Source: Lama guanicoe (lineage: Eukaryota). From it: 64,000 bases of DNA. The stretch lies in NCBI GenBank assembly GCA_013239625.1, contig MU055785.1, forward strand, positions 6,076,001 to 6,140,000, written 5' to 3'. This document shows positions 1 through 12,698 of this stretch, one piece after another. Under the pieces are notes generated by a model, which had not been told where the DNA came from, searched no databases, and worked only from the letters and a program-made list of their open reading frames with translations. The position numbers were made by a program, and so were the translations under genes. Position 1 is the stretch's first letter; each line of letters starts with the position of its first letter.

Positions 1-789
1 TCCACAGCCCCCAGCACAGAGATGTTCAATAAAAACAGGTAGAAATGAATGAACAGGGAACCTGTCGATGATTCGGTCAATGTTCAAGTACTTAGGCTCG
101 GAAACTAAAAGGCTTTAAAGGAACAGGCAGGTAGCGTGACTGCGTAAGGCAGGCTGGTAGGGAGATGCCAGGGTTCTTGAGTCTCGGACCACCCAAGACA
201 CAACACCTCGTGCAAGGTGGGCAGCGATCTTGATCTTGGGCCCCACCTTACTCTTGCCCAGTGTGGCAAGAACTTTTGAGTCTTCAGGAACCAAAGCTTT
301 TCCATTTTTATTTGACATCTCCCAATTTTAAAATAGAGACAGTCGATTGTATTACACACACACAGTAGGCTTATGAAAATGTGTCTATGGGTTATATTTG
401 GTCATGGGCAAAAAATCTATACCTTATGACTCAGGCATGCCAAAAAGGAAAAAAAAAAACTATTTTCTAGTACTGAAATGGCTTCCTCCATGATGGTGTT
501 GGAAAAAACTCAACTATGGTATTGGATGTAAACATCTTTTTCACTTTGAAATAGGCTTTTTCAGGTAAATGTCCAGTGGTTTCAAAGATGAACTGCCTCT
601 TTGGGCTGTTTCTCTCCTCTCTAAGCATTGCCCCCCTCCCTCTCCCCCTCCTGTCTCCCCAGATGGTTTTGGCTTCAGAGGAGGCTTTGGGATTCTCTGT
701 GGAGCAATCAGCAGTCTGTAGAGTTGGGAGAAGCCTCTTTAAGGAAAGGATCGAAAACAAAAGCCACAGGCAGTTGCTTCCCTGTGTCC

Positions 790-1340
790 ATCCCACCATT
801 TCTGCCTCTCCCCATCCCCGTTGCTAGCACCTTGGTGGGAGCTACCTGCCTCTCTCAAGCTGAAATTATGACAGTACTTCTCATTGGTCTCCTCTGCCTC
901 TACCATTGGCCATTCTCAAAATGGAAGCCAGAGGAATTCTCTGTAAATGCAAGTCAGAGCATGTCTTCTCCCAGCTCACAACCCTTTACTCTCATTCAGA
1001 GAAGAGGCCAAAGTCCTTGCAATGATCTGCAAGACCCCGTTCTCTCTGCACACTTCCCTCCCTCCTCTTTCTGTTGCTCACTCCACTCCAGCACACGTGC
1101 CTCCTTGCCGCCTCTAAAACAGTCCCTCCTCAGGACATTTGCACCTGCTGTTCCCTCTATCCAGAATGCTCTGCCCCCAGACATCTGAATGGCTCACTCC
1201 CTTTCACTCTGCAGATTCTGATCAAATGTTACCTTCTCTGTGATGCCTTCCCCAATCACTCTCTTTAAAATTGAAATTCCCAGCCCTTTCTGAACCCCCT
1301 TCTCTGTTTTTTTTTCTTTCCATAGCATGTTTCATTATCT
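790..1340. mobile_element. L2 LINE fragment
   Basis: L2 3'-region motifs (cactccagc..., ctcaggacatttgcacctgctgttccctct, atcaaatgttaccttctctg). Confidence 0.7.
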
Positions 1341-1357
1341 AGTACGGGGCACCGGGG

Positions 1358-1567
1358 AGGGATGGTCAGCAAACGCCAGCCAATGGGCCAAATCCAGCCC
1401 CCAGATTGGTTTCATGAAGTTTTATTGGAACACTGCCATTTATATATTATTTATGTACCATTAGTGCCTGCTTTCGTGCTACTAAGTGTTTGTGATGTGG
1501 ACCGACTTTGTGTCCCACAAAGTTGTAAATATGTGTCTAGCCCTTAAGAAAACATTTTCAACCCCTA
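1358..1567. mobile_element. MER58A-like hAT MITE
   Basis: ggtcagcaaac...gggccaaatccagcc...gttttattggaacac...aacccct. Confidence 0.7.
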
Positions 1568-1854
1568 GTTTATTTAGTATGTTAGTATACCACACAATGT
1601 CCCTATTTATCTTATTTATTCTCTTTGCTCCTCCACTAGAATATGGCTTCCACAGGAGAAGGGGTTTTTCTATGCTCTGTTCAGGGCTACGTCTAGAATC
1701 TTCATCTCTCCAGCTGGGATTACTGCCTGGCCCAATGTAGGTGGGCCAGTGGATGCCCAGTGATATTTACCAAAGAAGCCCTGGCGAGAGAAGAAGACAT
1801 TTAACACTGCTCCTCGCGGTTCACCCTTCTTCTCTTGTTCTGCTTTGTCTTCAG

Positions 1855-1962
1855 CACCTACGGGGATGAGAGGACAAAGAAGATGGGGACTGGAGTCATC
1901 CTCCAGCCGTTCATCCCTGTGCACAGCTGCATCATTGCGCCCTTGCTGCCAAAGGCTCACGT
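1855..1962 (+). CDS. CCDC60: CCDC60 coding exon (about exon 4; 108 nt): (S)TYGDERTKKMGTGVILQPFIPVHSCIIAPLLPKAHV
   Basis: Polypyrimidine tract plus ttcag acceptor; gtaagt donor at 1963; phase 2/2. Resembles recalled human STYDDEKLKTLG...PFTPIHSCIISPSLTEAHV. Confidence 0.9.
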
Positions 1963-2963
1963 GTAAGTAGAGTCTCGCTAGTTTATCATTCGAAGCCAAG
2001 GTGAAATGACAGCCAGCTAACGCGTCAGGAACTCTTGAGCTGTTCCTTTGTCCTCTTGAAAGAGACAGCAAGCCTGGAGCTGGCAGCACTATTTGGCATA
2101 TAAAAATAACGGAAAGCAGACATGCTGCTTTAGAGCTAAGTGGCAATTCAGCTGGGACGGAGTCATTCCATTCCTTACCAACCCAGACGCCCTGATGTCA
2201 AATAGTTTGCAAAGCCTGATAAAATCTATCTCCAGCCCGCGCACAGCAAATGTCTCCACCGGGGCTTGGGGAACACATTTTCAAGGAAATCAGGGAGCTC
2301 TTTCCCAGAGAAGCCCCTGCCGCCTTCCAACCAGACTCCAGGAATAAACTCATCATTGCCTGGTGTAGCAGGGGCTAATCAGCCCTCCAGAGAATACTCT
2401 GGCTTTCCAAACCTTGACGTCTTGCTTCCCTTTCTTGTCCAGGGACATTCCAACCGGCAGCCTCAGCTTGATGTTCTTAAAACATCTCCTTGCAAAAATA
2501 GGCTCTACATCGTCTCCTCATGTCCCTTGGGAACACCTGCACTTCTGCCTGTCTCTCCCACGGACAAGCCCTCTGAAACCAAATGGAGCAAGTCAGTGGT
2601 TCTTGGACGTGTGCTTGGATCTGGATCATCAGGGCTGGGAGGGGTGGTGAAATGAGGAAGTGCCTGGGAAGTGCACGTTCCTGGGCCCCACCCCCGGTTC
2701 TTTTGACCTTAGCAAGTTGAGCTTTAAGTCAACTGCGGAAGTGACTGGAGAGTTTCTTGCTCATCTTCCTTCCGTGCCAGATGGGGAAACTGAAGCTCAG
2801 ACAGAGGACAGAACCTGCCAAAATTCTCACAACAGGAGTTGTGACCTCCTCACTCTCAAGTCAGGTCTTTGTATCAGGTTTGTTAGATGATGATGGTGGT
2901 GGTGGCGGTGATGGTGGGTATCACCGTGGTGGCAGTCATTATTTGTTATTTCTTATGTAAACC

Positions 2964-3285
2964 GAGGATCAGCAATCTTGTTCTTAAAGCGACAGATAGT
3001 AGACGTTTTAGGCTTTGCAGACCAGACGGTCTCTCTTGGAACTACAATCATCCCTAGGTATCTGCGGGGAATTGGTTCCAGGACCTTTTGCAGATACCCA
3101 AGTCTGCAATGCGCAAGCCTCTTACGAGGACGAAATAGGGTCGTACAGTCGGCCCTCCATATCCACAGATGCGGAGGATTGACTGTACTTAACTTTGTTG
3201 TTGCAGCATGAAAGCTACAATGAGTGGATTGGCTGTGTTCCAGCGAAGTTTTACTTGCAAACACAGGCATACGCTCCCGCCCTAG
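2964..3285. mobile_element. MER58A-like element interrupted by a MER2/Tigger-like MITE (3045-3185, TA TSD)
   Basis: Host sequence aacTA|ctt resumes after the insert. The insert has imperfect caatc...gactg termini and ggggaattggttccaggacc. Confidence 0.75.
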
Positions 3286-3331
3286 ACTGAAGGCTGCCCT
3301 TTCTTCTCCTTGGCTGTTAAAAGGCTCCAGC

Positions 3332-3873
3332 TGCATCAGTAATCCATTGCTATATTACAGACCACCTCAAAGTGGAGTGGTTTAAAACAGCAACCATTTA
3401 CTGTTGTTCACAAGTTTGCAGGTCAGCTGGGTGGTTCTGTTGGTCCAAATCCATTCAGTCAGTCCTGTCTGGGCTTACGTATGTGTGTGCACCCAGCTGA
3501 TGGCTAAGCTGGAGGTTGGCCCCGCTAGGGTGGCCTCATGCCCAGGTCGGTTGGTTGGTTGGCTGTTGGCTGGGGTGACAGGAGCGACGGTCACTCTCAT
3601 CATGTGGCAGGCGAGCCCAGGTGGTTCCATGGCAGTTGGGAGGGGTTCCAAGGACAAGAGCCTAAGCACCCAAAGCCTCTTAAGGCTTAGGCTCAGCCTG
3701 GATCCGATGGCCTTTCCACCCCATTCTTTTAGCCAAAGCAAGACATCAAGCCTGCCCAGAAATGAGGGAGGAATGGGGCAAAGAAAGACTCCAGAGAGGC
3801 AGGATCACAACGTAGGGTGTGTGGATGCAGGGATGGGTGGAGATTCCGGGCAGCTTTATCATCAGTCTACCCA
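3332..3873 (-). mobile_element. MLT1 (ERVL-MaLR) LTR
   Basis: Typical MLT1 start (cattgct...aaagtggagtggtttaaaacagcaaccattta). Confidence 0.65.
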
Positions 3874-4559
3874 AAGACGTCAGGGCAGAGCCTGCCCGGT
3901 CGGTCCTCACGTTCTCAGTCTTCACATCAGCAGAGGTGGATCAGAGTCTGGTCAGTCCCTTCAGTCCCAGTGCAACTGATCCAAAACTGGCCGAAAATTC
4001 TGCATTGACTGTATGGGGATCAATTCAATCATGCCGAGGAAGACTTGACTTTTATCTCTTTAAAAAGGAGACGTTGGGGGTGGTCTGTAGGAATGAGGAC
4101 AGCCCCTCCTTTCCTCTCTGAGTTGCTGTCCCTCACAGCTTCTCTGAAGGATCTGTGCAGCAAAAGCAGTGACCACAGCCATGGTCCAGGTTCGCCCTTG
4201 GCGGTCAGCATGGGGTGCTCGGAACAGCTTTGTAAGCATTTTCCGATTTCTCTTAGTAAAAGGGAGGAAACGCTGTTTTCTTCTCAGGGCCGTTCCCGTC
4301 CACTCGTATTCTGTGGCAGTTTCAATAGGGTGGCCTTCTCAGGTGCACTGACCGCTGGGCTCTTGCCTGGAATTTTTTTCTGAGCCCAGGGATTTTAGAA
4401 GCAGGCTTTGTGCATCCCAGTCAGCATTTTCATCTCTTATGCCCCACATTTAACAAAACAAACACTTTCTCTTTTAATTTGATAAAATCCAAGATACTGT
4501 GCTTTGACTTGACATACAATCATTATGAGAAAGGACCAGTTTATATCAAGCATGTTTCT

Positions 4560-5204
4560 GTGGCTCTTTCTTCCTTTCTCTTTATCAGTTTGTTTCACTG
4601 CACATNNNNNNNNNNNNNNNNNNNNNNNNNNNNNNNNNNNNNNNNNNNNNNNNNNNNNNNNNNNNNNNNNNNNNNNNNNNNNNNNNNNNNNNNNNNNNNN
4701 NNNNNNNNNNNNNNNNNNNNNNNNNNNNNNNNNNNNNNNNTCTTTCCCATATGCCCCCTGCGTCTGCACAGTCGTCCACCCCGCCCCGCCGCTATCAACA
4801 TCCTCCACCAGAGCGGGATGTTTGTTACAGCTGATGAACCGACACTGACACATCATTATCACCCAGAGCCTGGAGTTCACCTTAGGGCTCTCTCTTGGTG
4901 ATGTACATTCTGTGGGCTTGGATGAACGTACAGTGACATGTATCCGCCATTGCAGTATTGTCTTTTCACTGCCCTAAGAATCCTCCGTGCTCTCTGCCTG
5001 TTCATCCCTCTCCCCCTCCCCAACCCCTAGCAACCACTGATCCTGTTATTTTTTCCCACAGTTTTGTCCTTTTCCAGAACGTCATAGAGTTGGGCTTGTA
5101 CAGTAGGTAGCCTTTCCAGACTGCCTTTTTTCACTGAGTAATATGCTTTTGAGGTTTCTCCTTGGCTTTTCATGGCTTAATAGCTCATTTCTTTCTAGCG
5201 CTGA
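4560..5204 (-). mobile_element. L1 3'-region fragment (with gap)
   Basis: caaccactgatc, tttccagaacgtcatagagttgg, ttttcactgagtaatatgc. Confidence 0.7.
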
Positions 5205-5424
5205 NNNNNNNNNNNNNNNNNNNNNNNNNNNNNNNNNNNNNNNNNNNNNNNNNNNNNNNNNNNNNNNNNNNNNNNNNNNNNNNNNNNNNNNNNNNNNNNN
5301 NNNNNNNNNNNNNNNNNNNNNNNNNNNNNNNNNNNNNGTAAACAGAGAAAAAGGTCCAGACCCACTAGAGGAAACCCTTTCCTGGTGGAAAAGGAAGGAG
5401 CGCCCTACACATCAAAATCAGAGT

Positions 5425-5660
5425 TAAAGCACAGATTCAGGAGCCAGACTGTCTGGGCTCAGATTCCAGCTCTGTCGTAGGCTGCCTTTTTGGACCTTGG
5501 ACAAGTTACATGGCCTCAGTTTCTTCACCTGAAAAATGGGGATGCTAATAGTACCTTCCTCACAGGATTGTTGTAAGAATGACGTTAGTAAATGGATGTA
5601 GAGCACTTAAAACAGTGTCTAGCACAGAGTATGTGCTCTGCAGGAAGTGTTACTATTATT
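5425..5660. mobile_element. MIR (one of many MIR fragments, e.g. 6150-6250, 13845-14085, 27630-27880, 43110-43310, 59500-59700)
   Basis: MIR core gaccttggacaagttac...cctcagtttcttcacctgaaaaatgggg. Confidence 0.8.
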
Positions 5661-6369
5661 GTTATCATCATCATTATTTTTTTCGTTGTTATTGTTGCTA
5701 CTGCCCTTTATTATTTCCATGGTTCGTGTAAGAATTGTGCCCAAGACAGCTTATCTAGAAAATGTCAGGTCTTATCCAATTTATTCCTGCCTTCTTCTAT
5801 TCAGTAACCAGAAACATACTGAGCCTACTCTGTGCCAGGCACAGTGTTACCTGTAGTGGACAAGACTCTGTAGCTTGCCAGCTCGTGGGCTAGAGAGACA
5901 GGTCGTTACAAGAGAGCAGGCACATGAAATGTAGGGACAAGGGGACACATTGTAAGGATGGAGATGCTTTAGAACCTCCTGGGAGAGAGCCTAATCCCGA
6001 CCTAGACAAACCAAGGAAGGCTTCCTGCTGGAGGTGACATCTGAGCTGAGACCCAGTCACTGAGAGGCAGAGAAGGAGGAGGAGAGAAGATATGTATCAG
6101 GAGCAGAGAACAGTACCAAGCACCTCACCTCACCCTTACTCTGATGATTACTGCCATTATACAGATGAGAAAACTGAGGCTCAGGAAAATTAAGTGATTC
6201 AGTCAAGACCACATAGCTAGTTAACGGCAAAGCTAGGATTCTAACCCAGTGCAAAGAGGGGACGGTGAGCTTGAGCTACTGAGCAGAATCTCCCCCGGCT
6301 GCAGATGGTGGTGCAGGGGTGAGAGGAGACTCCAGGCTGGAGAGGTGGACGGGGTCTCAGACGTGACCG

Positions 6370-6762
6370 TGTGTTGGTTTGCCAGGGCTGCCATAACACG
6401 GCACCACAGCCCAGGTGGCCTAAACCGCAGAAATGTCTTCTCTCCCAGTTCTGGAGGCTGGAAGTTCATGATCAAGGTGCCCACAGGGTTGGTTCTTCTG
6501 GGTCCTCAGCTTTCCGAGGGCTGCCTTCTTGCTGGGTCCCCACACGGTCTGTCCTCTGTGACACGGTCTGTGCCCTGTGAGTGTGTGCCCCAGTGTCTCT
6601 GGGGTCATGCGTCCTCTTCTTCTAAGGACACCAGGATTAGGGTCCACACCTCATTTTAACTTGCTCACCTCTTTCCAGGCCGCAGATACAGTCACATTCT
6701 GAGGTACTGGAGACTAGGGCTTCAACATATGAAGTTTGAGGGACCCAATTCAGTCCATAACA
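6370..6762 (-). mobile_element. MLT1A-like LTR
   Basis: agggctgccataaca...cagttctggaggctggaagt...cacattctgaggtact...attcagtccataaca. Confidence 0.8.
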
Positions 6763-7753
6763 CATGGTTTAGGAATTTTGAAGATTTTAAGCAAGGGCCA
6801 GGTTTGTGTCTGTCCTTGTCACCGGCAGAAAGGAAGCAGATGCTCGCAAGCCCCTCGTCCCCCTGTGACGAAGCCGATCCCACCCCACCAGTTAACTCCC
6901 TCACCCCGCCCTCCCTGCCGCCCTGGCCTGCCAGACAAAGCCCAAAGCCCAGGCCTGCAGGGGCTCTGAGTTGTGAACAGAAGGAGCCTCTCCCCTGGCC
7001 TTTCCTAACTTCCTAGGGTCACAGTAAGGGTGCAGGGAGTTGTCTGCTACCCCGGGTGCCCTGAGCTGCCAGAATGCACTTACCTGTAGGGACCGAGAGG
7101 GTGTAAAGGGGGAAGGAAGGGGGGAGACCTGGGAGACTCATCCCAGGGTTTGCGGGTCCTTTAAATTAGAAGTGAGAGATGAGGAGATGCTGAGAAAACA
7201 ATTTGTGGAAGGAAAAAAAGGAAGAAGGAAGGGGCTCCGGAAAGAAAGAAAGAAACAAAAGAGCCGCTGATGCTGAGGGTTTCCCGGGATCACCCAGGGC
7301 CAGCTCCCCACCAGAGCCCCAGGGCTGGGACTCCACCCTCAGAGGAAGCCAGGAGGGCGGATGGCTGCCTGCCCCTCTGGGCATCAGGCCCGGGAACCCT
7401 GGGGAGTATGGACCAGGCCCGCAGCAGTTTCAGAGAAGAGCAATTACCCAGCTCCGTAATGGAGGCATCTCGCCCATTAGCGTAAGAGGAGAAATCACGC
7501 AGGGAGGGGGAGGCTGGTTAGGACTCCACCTCAGTTCCAGGAACGGCGCTGGCAGCGGGTTAACCCTCTCCTGACCTTGCTTTCGGCATCACCATCGCCT
7601 TGGCTCCGTCAGCACCTCTCACCATCAGAGCTCAGGTACATGAGAGCACAGTCTCGGGTTAAGCAGACGGAGGTTCAAATCCTCACTAATCTTAGCAGCT
7701 GTGATCTCTTTACCTCTCTGAGCCCCTCGTCTGCAAAGAGGATGGAATAAAGG

Positions 7754-8421
7754 TGATGCAGGAAAAAAGGACGTGGGGCGTGAGGAGGGCCCTGTCCAGG
7801 TCTCGGTGGAGTCCCTGGGACGTGCTCCGCCAAGTGTGGGTCCTTGGCTTCACACAGGAAAGAATTCAAGAGCGAGCCCCAGCTGAGTAAAGGTAGATTC
7901 ATTTAGAGAGATACATACTGCATAGAGTATAGGCTGTTTCAAAAGGCAAGAGAAAGGCCACGAGGTGTGGGGGTTGGGTGCTCAGGTTAAAGTAAAAGTA
8001 AAAGTAGGTACACACTCCACAGACAGGGTGCAGGCTGTCTCCAAAGAGGAGAGAGCGAGAAATGTGGCCATGAGGCGTGGTGTTGCCAGTTTTTATGGGC
8101 TTGGTAGCTTCACACCCTGCAAGTGGGAGGACCATTCCAACTACCCTTGGGAAGGGGCTGGGATTCCCAGGAATTTGGGCCACCGCCCAGTCTTTGGCTT
8201 TGGTGGTTAGCCTTGGGACAGTCACTGTGCCTGTGGGCGTGTTATTTATCATGTTAATATGTTACAATGAGCACATAATGAAGCTCAAGGTCTCTCTGAA
8301 GTCAAACCTCCTGGCCATGTTAATCCTCAAGGCCTACCGGGAGTTGAATCTTCTGCCATTTTGGTGTTAGTTGCTGTCATTTCTTGAATGGCTGTGCCCT
8401 GCCCCCTGCCCTCCTGTCTCA
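7754..8421 (-). mobile_element. ERV1 solo LTR (668 bp) inserted in a MIR; TSD AAGG
   Basis: TG...CA ends; AAGG at 7750-7753 and 8422-8425; MIR sequence resumes on both sides. Confidence 0.85.
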
Positions 8422-8637
8422 AAGGTGCCCTTCTTGCAGGGTTGTTGAGAGCATGACACAAGATATTCGGGCCCCATCTCTGTCACCAACAAGCTGTGTG
8501 ACCTGGAGCAAAATAATTGCCCCTCTCTGAGCCTCAGTTTCCTCTTCTCTGAAATTCAGATTAATGATTCATACGTAGGGTTTAGGGGAGAATTAAAGAA
8601 CGTATGTCAAGTGTCCTATTCAATGCCTGGCTCACTG

Positions 8638-9102
8638 TGTTACGGAAACGACAGGCCAGCCAAGAAACAAGCACCACTCGGAGGGTTGGAGTACTCAGAT
8701 GTATTACGCCGGCGGGCTCAGAGGGGCTTCTGCTCCGAAGCTCTGAGCACCTCCAAGACGTGCACATGAGGTTTTATAGGGTAAAGTACAAGCTTAGGGT
8801 ATTTGGCCAGTAGGCATGGAACAGCTTTAGCAGCATCATTATCACAAAAGTGGAGGGAGGGAGGCAGCAAACCAACATTCCAAAGCCAGATATGTCTCTT
8901 TGAAAATCCAGTTGGCTAGCAAAAAATCATGAACAGCAAACCAACACTAATTAACATAGATTTACAAGTTAGTCCAGGAGAACTCAGATCAGTATTCCGA
9001 TACTTGGATCTGTGAGTTATCTTGTTAGCCCAGCCCAGCCTCTCCTTCACATTCCTAGACTTGTGAGTTATCTTGTTAGACCAGCCCGGCTTTTCCTTCA
9101 CA
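8638..9102 (-). mobile_element. Solo LTR (465 bp); TSD ACTG
   Basis: TG...CA ends; ACTG at 8634-8637 and 9103-9106; minus-strand TATAAAA at about 8771-8777; tandem repeat of about 51 bp at 9011-9102. Confidence 0.85.
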
Positions 9103-9784
9103 ACTGTAATACAAGATTCCCCTCCCCCATCAGAAAATATAGGTTAGATCTATTTTTAAGCAGTGTTGTAGTTACATTTTCAAAGAATATGTTCCATGTG
9201 GGTTTTTTTCTTCCATATCCGGCTACATCTGGGGGCAAAGGATTTATACATTTAAAGCAGTGGGTCTGGTTGTTCTTCGGGGTCAGGGGGAAGGGGAGGA
9301 AGTACAAGAAGTACACTCATTTCCCTGTGTTTCCAGGCTTTGGGGACACTGCTAGTGTATTTACTGTATTTCTACTAGGTGAACGATTGGGTACCTGTGG
9401 GATATGAATTTCCTAAAATCTCCAGTCAAGACCTCTACCTGTGGGACCCCTTCCATTGTCTCTTCCCGCTACACACACAAATCCCTGGTAACTGGCATGG
9501 GGTCATCTCACGCCAAATCATGGCTCTGCCACCTACTAGCCCCGTGACCTGGCACAAGTTGCTTACCTCCTCCCAGCCTCTGGTCCCTCATCTGTAAAGT
9601 GGGGCCAATATATCCCTCAGGAGCCCATTGTGAAGGTTTAATGAGCTGGTGCATGGGAGATACTTCCACATGCCTGGAGCTTGGCCACAGCTCTCTAGCT
9701 GGGAGCCAGGATAACTCCTGTCTCTATGTCACCCCTATTGTGAAGAATGTTGTTCTAACAGGGTCCCTCCTTCTGTCTCTGCAG

Positions 9785-9892
9785 TGAGCCCCTCTTCCGC
9801 CAGCTCTGTGCCCTCCACTGGCTCCTGGAGGCTCTGACTATCGACCATACCCACCACACCATGAAGCCAGTGATCACCTGCTGGAATCCAAA
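9785..9892 (+). CDS. CCDC60: CCDC60 coding exon (about exon 5; 108 nt): EPLFRQLCALHWLLEALTIDHTHHTMKPVITCWNPK
   Basis: ctgcag acceptor, gtaggt donor, phase 2/2; peptide matches recalled CCDC60. Confidence 0.96.
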
Positions 9893-10099
9893 GTAGGTCT
9901 CAGCCCTTCCGCCTGCCATGTACACTGGCAACAGACTGTGCAGTGGGGGAGGAAGCGCCTATGCATTTTCCCGTTCCTTCTGCTGGTTTTTCTGGTGGAT
10001 GGGTGGCTTTAGGGGTTCCACTTTGTGCTCTGTGTGGGAGCCAAACAGGGGTGAGCTGGAACCGGGTCCCCCAGGTCATGCAGCTATGAGAGGTCACGT

Positions 10100-10215
10100 G
10101 TGTGCCTCCTCCCAGCCTCTCTCCCCAACTCCACATTCAGTGACGTCTCACCGGAAGCTTGAAATCAGTCAGCCACAGCAGGAGTATTTACACCGTAGAA
10201 ATTGGTGAGCTAGAC
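10100..10215. mobile_element. MER63-like hAT fragment; second copy in opposite orientation at about 13432-13632
   Basis: cagtgacgtc...agcttgaaatc...ggagtatttacacc...aaattgg, with its reverse complement near 13500. Confidence 0.65.
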
Positions 10216-10392
10216 CAGCCCACCCAGGGGGCACCGCTCTCCACCTCTCTTCTTGGACCATGTCTCCCCAACACTGCTCCTTATTTCTTCCTCTTCCTTT
10301 TCCTCCGCTTCCCCTCCCTTGGATTCTTCCCTTACTCCAAGCTTTTGTTTTTCTCCTTTCTCTCAAGATTTTGTTGTGTGCCTTTAAAAAAA

Positions 10393-10393
<1 letters not shown>

Positions 10394-10424
<31 letters not shown>
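10394..10424. repeat. (GATA)n tetranucleotide microsatellite
   Basis: About 7 perfect units seen directly. Confidence 0.95.
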
Positions 10425-10844
10425 TTATTTCTCCACTTGGGTCCAAGGGAGTACCTGTGTTCAGGTCCCAGGAGTAGCTGCGTTTGCTAAGGCAGAAGCT
10501 CCAGGACCTGCTGTCTAGGCCAAGAAAAGTGTTAGGTGTATCACCCACCAGAGGGGAGGACCCATCAAAAGCCTCGAGGCCACTGTCGCAGGAACTGCAT
10601 TGCACACACAAGGTGGAACAAGCAAGAGGCAGGCGTGTAAAGGCATTGTTTCCTTAAGGAGAGTCACGTTGTCTGCAAGAAATGGACAGAAAAGCTAAAG
10701 AACACTGGCTGGTTCTGTAAAAATCCTAGACTGAGTTAAATAAAGTTCCCCTTCACCCAATGCTATCATCCCCACCCCCAACCCCTATAATACACTGATC
10801 TCTGCCCCTCTCACAGCCCTGGTTTCCAGGTGAATTCAATCCTC

Positions 10845-11188
10845 TTTTTTTTTTTTTCAATTGAAGTATAGTCAGTTACAGTGTGTCAACTCAGTGTCCC
10901 AGCCATGCATATGCATACATATATTTGTTTTCATATTCTTTTTCATTAAAGGTTATTACAGGATATTAAATATAGTTCCCTGTGCTATACGGAAGAAACT
11001 TTTTTTAAAATCTATTTTTATATATGGTGACTAGCTTTCACAAATCTCAAACTCCCAAATTTATCCCTTCCCACCCCCTTTCCCCGGTAACCATAAGATT
11101 GTTTACTATGTCTGTGAGTCTGTTTCTGTTTTGTAGATGAATTCGTAATGTCCTTTTTTTCCTTTTTTTAAAAAATTCCACATACGAA
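10845..11188 (-). mobile_element. Relatively young L1 3' end (poly-T on +), cut by a gap
   Basis: ttttcaattgaagtatagtcagttaca...ggtaaccataag...tctgtgagtctgtttctgttttgta; related copy at 53790-54552. Confidence 0.8.
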
Positions 11189-12144
11189 NNNNNNNNNNNN
11201 NNNNNNNNNNNNNNNNNNNNNNNNNNNNNNNNNNNNNNNNNNNNNNNNNNNNNNNNNNNNNNNNNNNNNNNNNNNNNNNNNNNNNNNNNNNNNNNNNNNN
11301 NNNNNNNNNNNNNNNNNNNNNNNNNNNNNNNNNNNNTTCTAAAATCCTGAATCTTAAATAGTCCCATCCCCCTGAAGGCATTATCTTTACCACCCGTCTC
11401 CCAAAACCCCACCTCCTCCCCATCACCCTCTCAAACTTGGCTCATCTCTTGTACCAGAGCCTGGATAAAACAATCTCAAATTCATCTGTTGATAGACCTG
11501 TAACTCCAATTGATCCCATGTATTTGATTGGGATGAATTTAAAGCTGCACTTTCTCTTGATGTGGTATTTTATAACCTTTATTTTTTTAAGCAGCAGAAA
11601 CCCTGCTTTTATAATAGAAACCCCCAATAATGTAAAAAAAAAATTCAAAATGGAGCTTCTACATGAAGCAGGATATTAAGAGGACCTGGGAAAGCAATTC
11701 AGTTCTACCCCCACCAAGGCATTCCCATTATTTCCGAAATATCTTTGTAGCTCACAGAATTTGCATGAAAACCACCACCTTAAAACATTTGCCACACAGT
11801 ATTTTTCTTTAAAACAAAACTGCTCAAGTAATGAATGAATATGTTTTATCCCTATTAAAAATTTGTGAAAAATTCAGAAGTATATAAAGTATGAAAGCCT
11901 TTATGGTCCACCCTACCCCAAATTCACTGCCCTCTAGAGGAAATCCTTTTAAAGATCTGAGATAGGTTCTTCCTCCTTCCAAATCTTTCCTTTTTTTTTT
12001 TTTTTCCAGACCTTTCTAATGCCACACAGACATACATTTTTTTTTTATTTTACAGAAATAAGATCATACTCTGTGTATTGTTCTGGATATGATTCCCTAC
12101 CCCCACCTCCACCCCCTACAAAGTCTTACGGACATCTTTCCATA

Positions 12145-12698
12145 ATGGAAGCAAAATTTTCCACCCCAAAATAATCAAAATATGGATTATTTTGAGCTAA
12201 ATAATAACTGTAGGCCCAAAAGACTCAGCTCTTGACTTGACTTTCTCCTTAACTGCCTAAAAGAATTTAGACAGAGGGCCTGTTCTGGGAATAGAGATAT
12301 CACCAGAGATAATCTGCAAAGAATATTGGGCTAGGTGTGGTGGGCAAACTCCAGGGTCTAGAGATCAGAGTCTACTCTGTGTCCCATTGTCTCTACCTGG
12401 CCCAGGTAATATTAGTTTACTAAACATTTACCAAATTTTCCCATCTCCATGTGAATTGTCTTCGTCTCCTTTGAAATCCCAAAACACTACCCAAAACTTT
12501 TTCTTTTGTCTTTAGCTTAACATAGTATTTAAAGTGAGGGCTTTGGCCATTTTGGAGAGTTACTCAGTTTTCCTGGGTCTTTCCCATGTATATATTTTAT
12601 TAAACTTTTACTTGATTTTCTCCTGTTAATCTAGCTCATGTCAGTTTAACTCTTAGACCAGCCAAAAGAACCTAGAAGGAAAATTTCTTCCTCCCTGG
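12145..12698 (+). mobile_element. MER34/MER39-like ERV1 LTR within old L1 sequence
   Basis: Start ccaccccaaaata...ggattattttgagct and end agaacctagaaggaaaatttcttcctccc resemble the recalled consensus. Confidence 0.7.
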
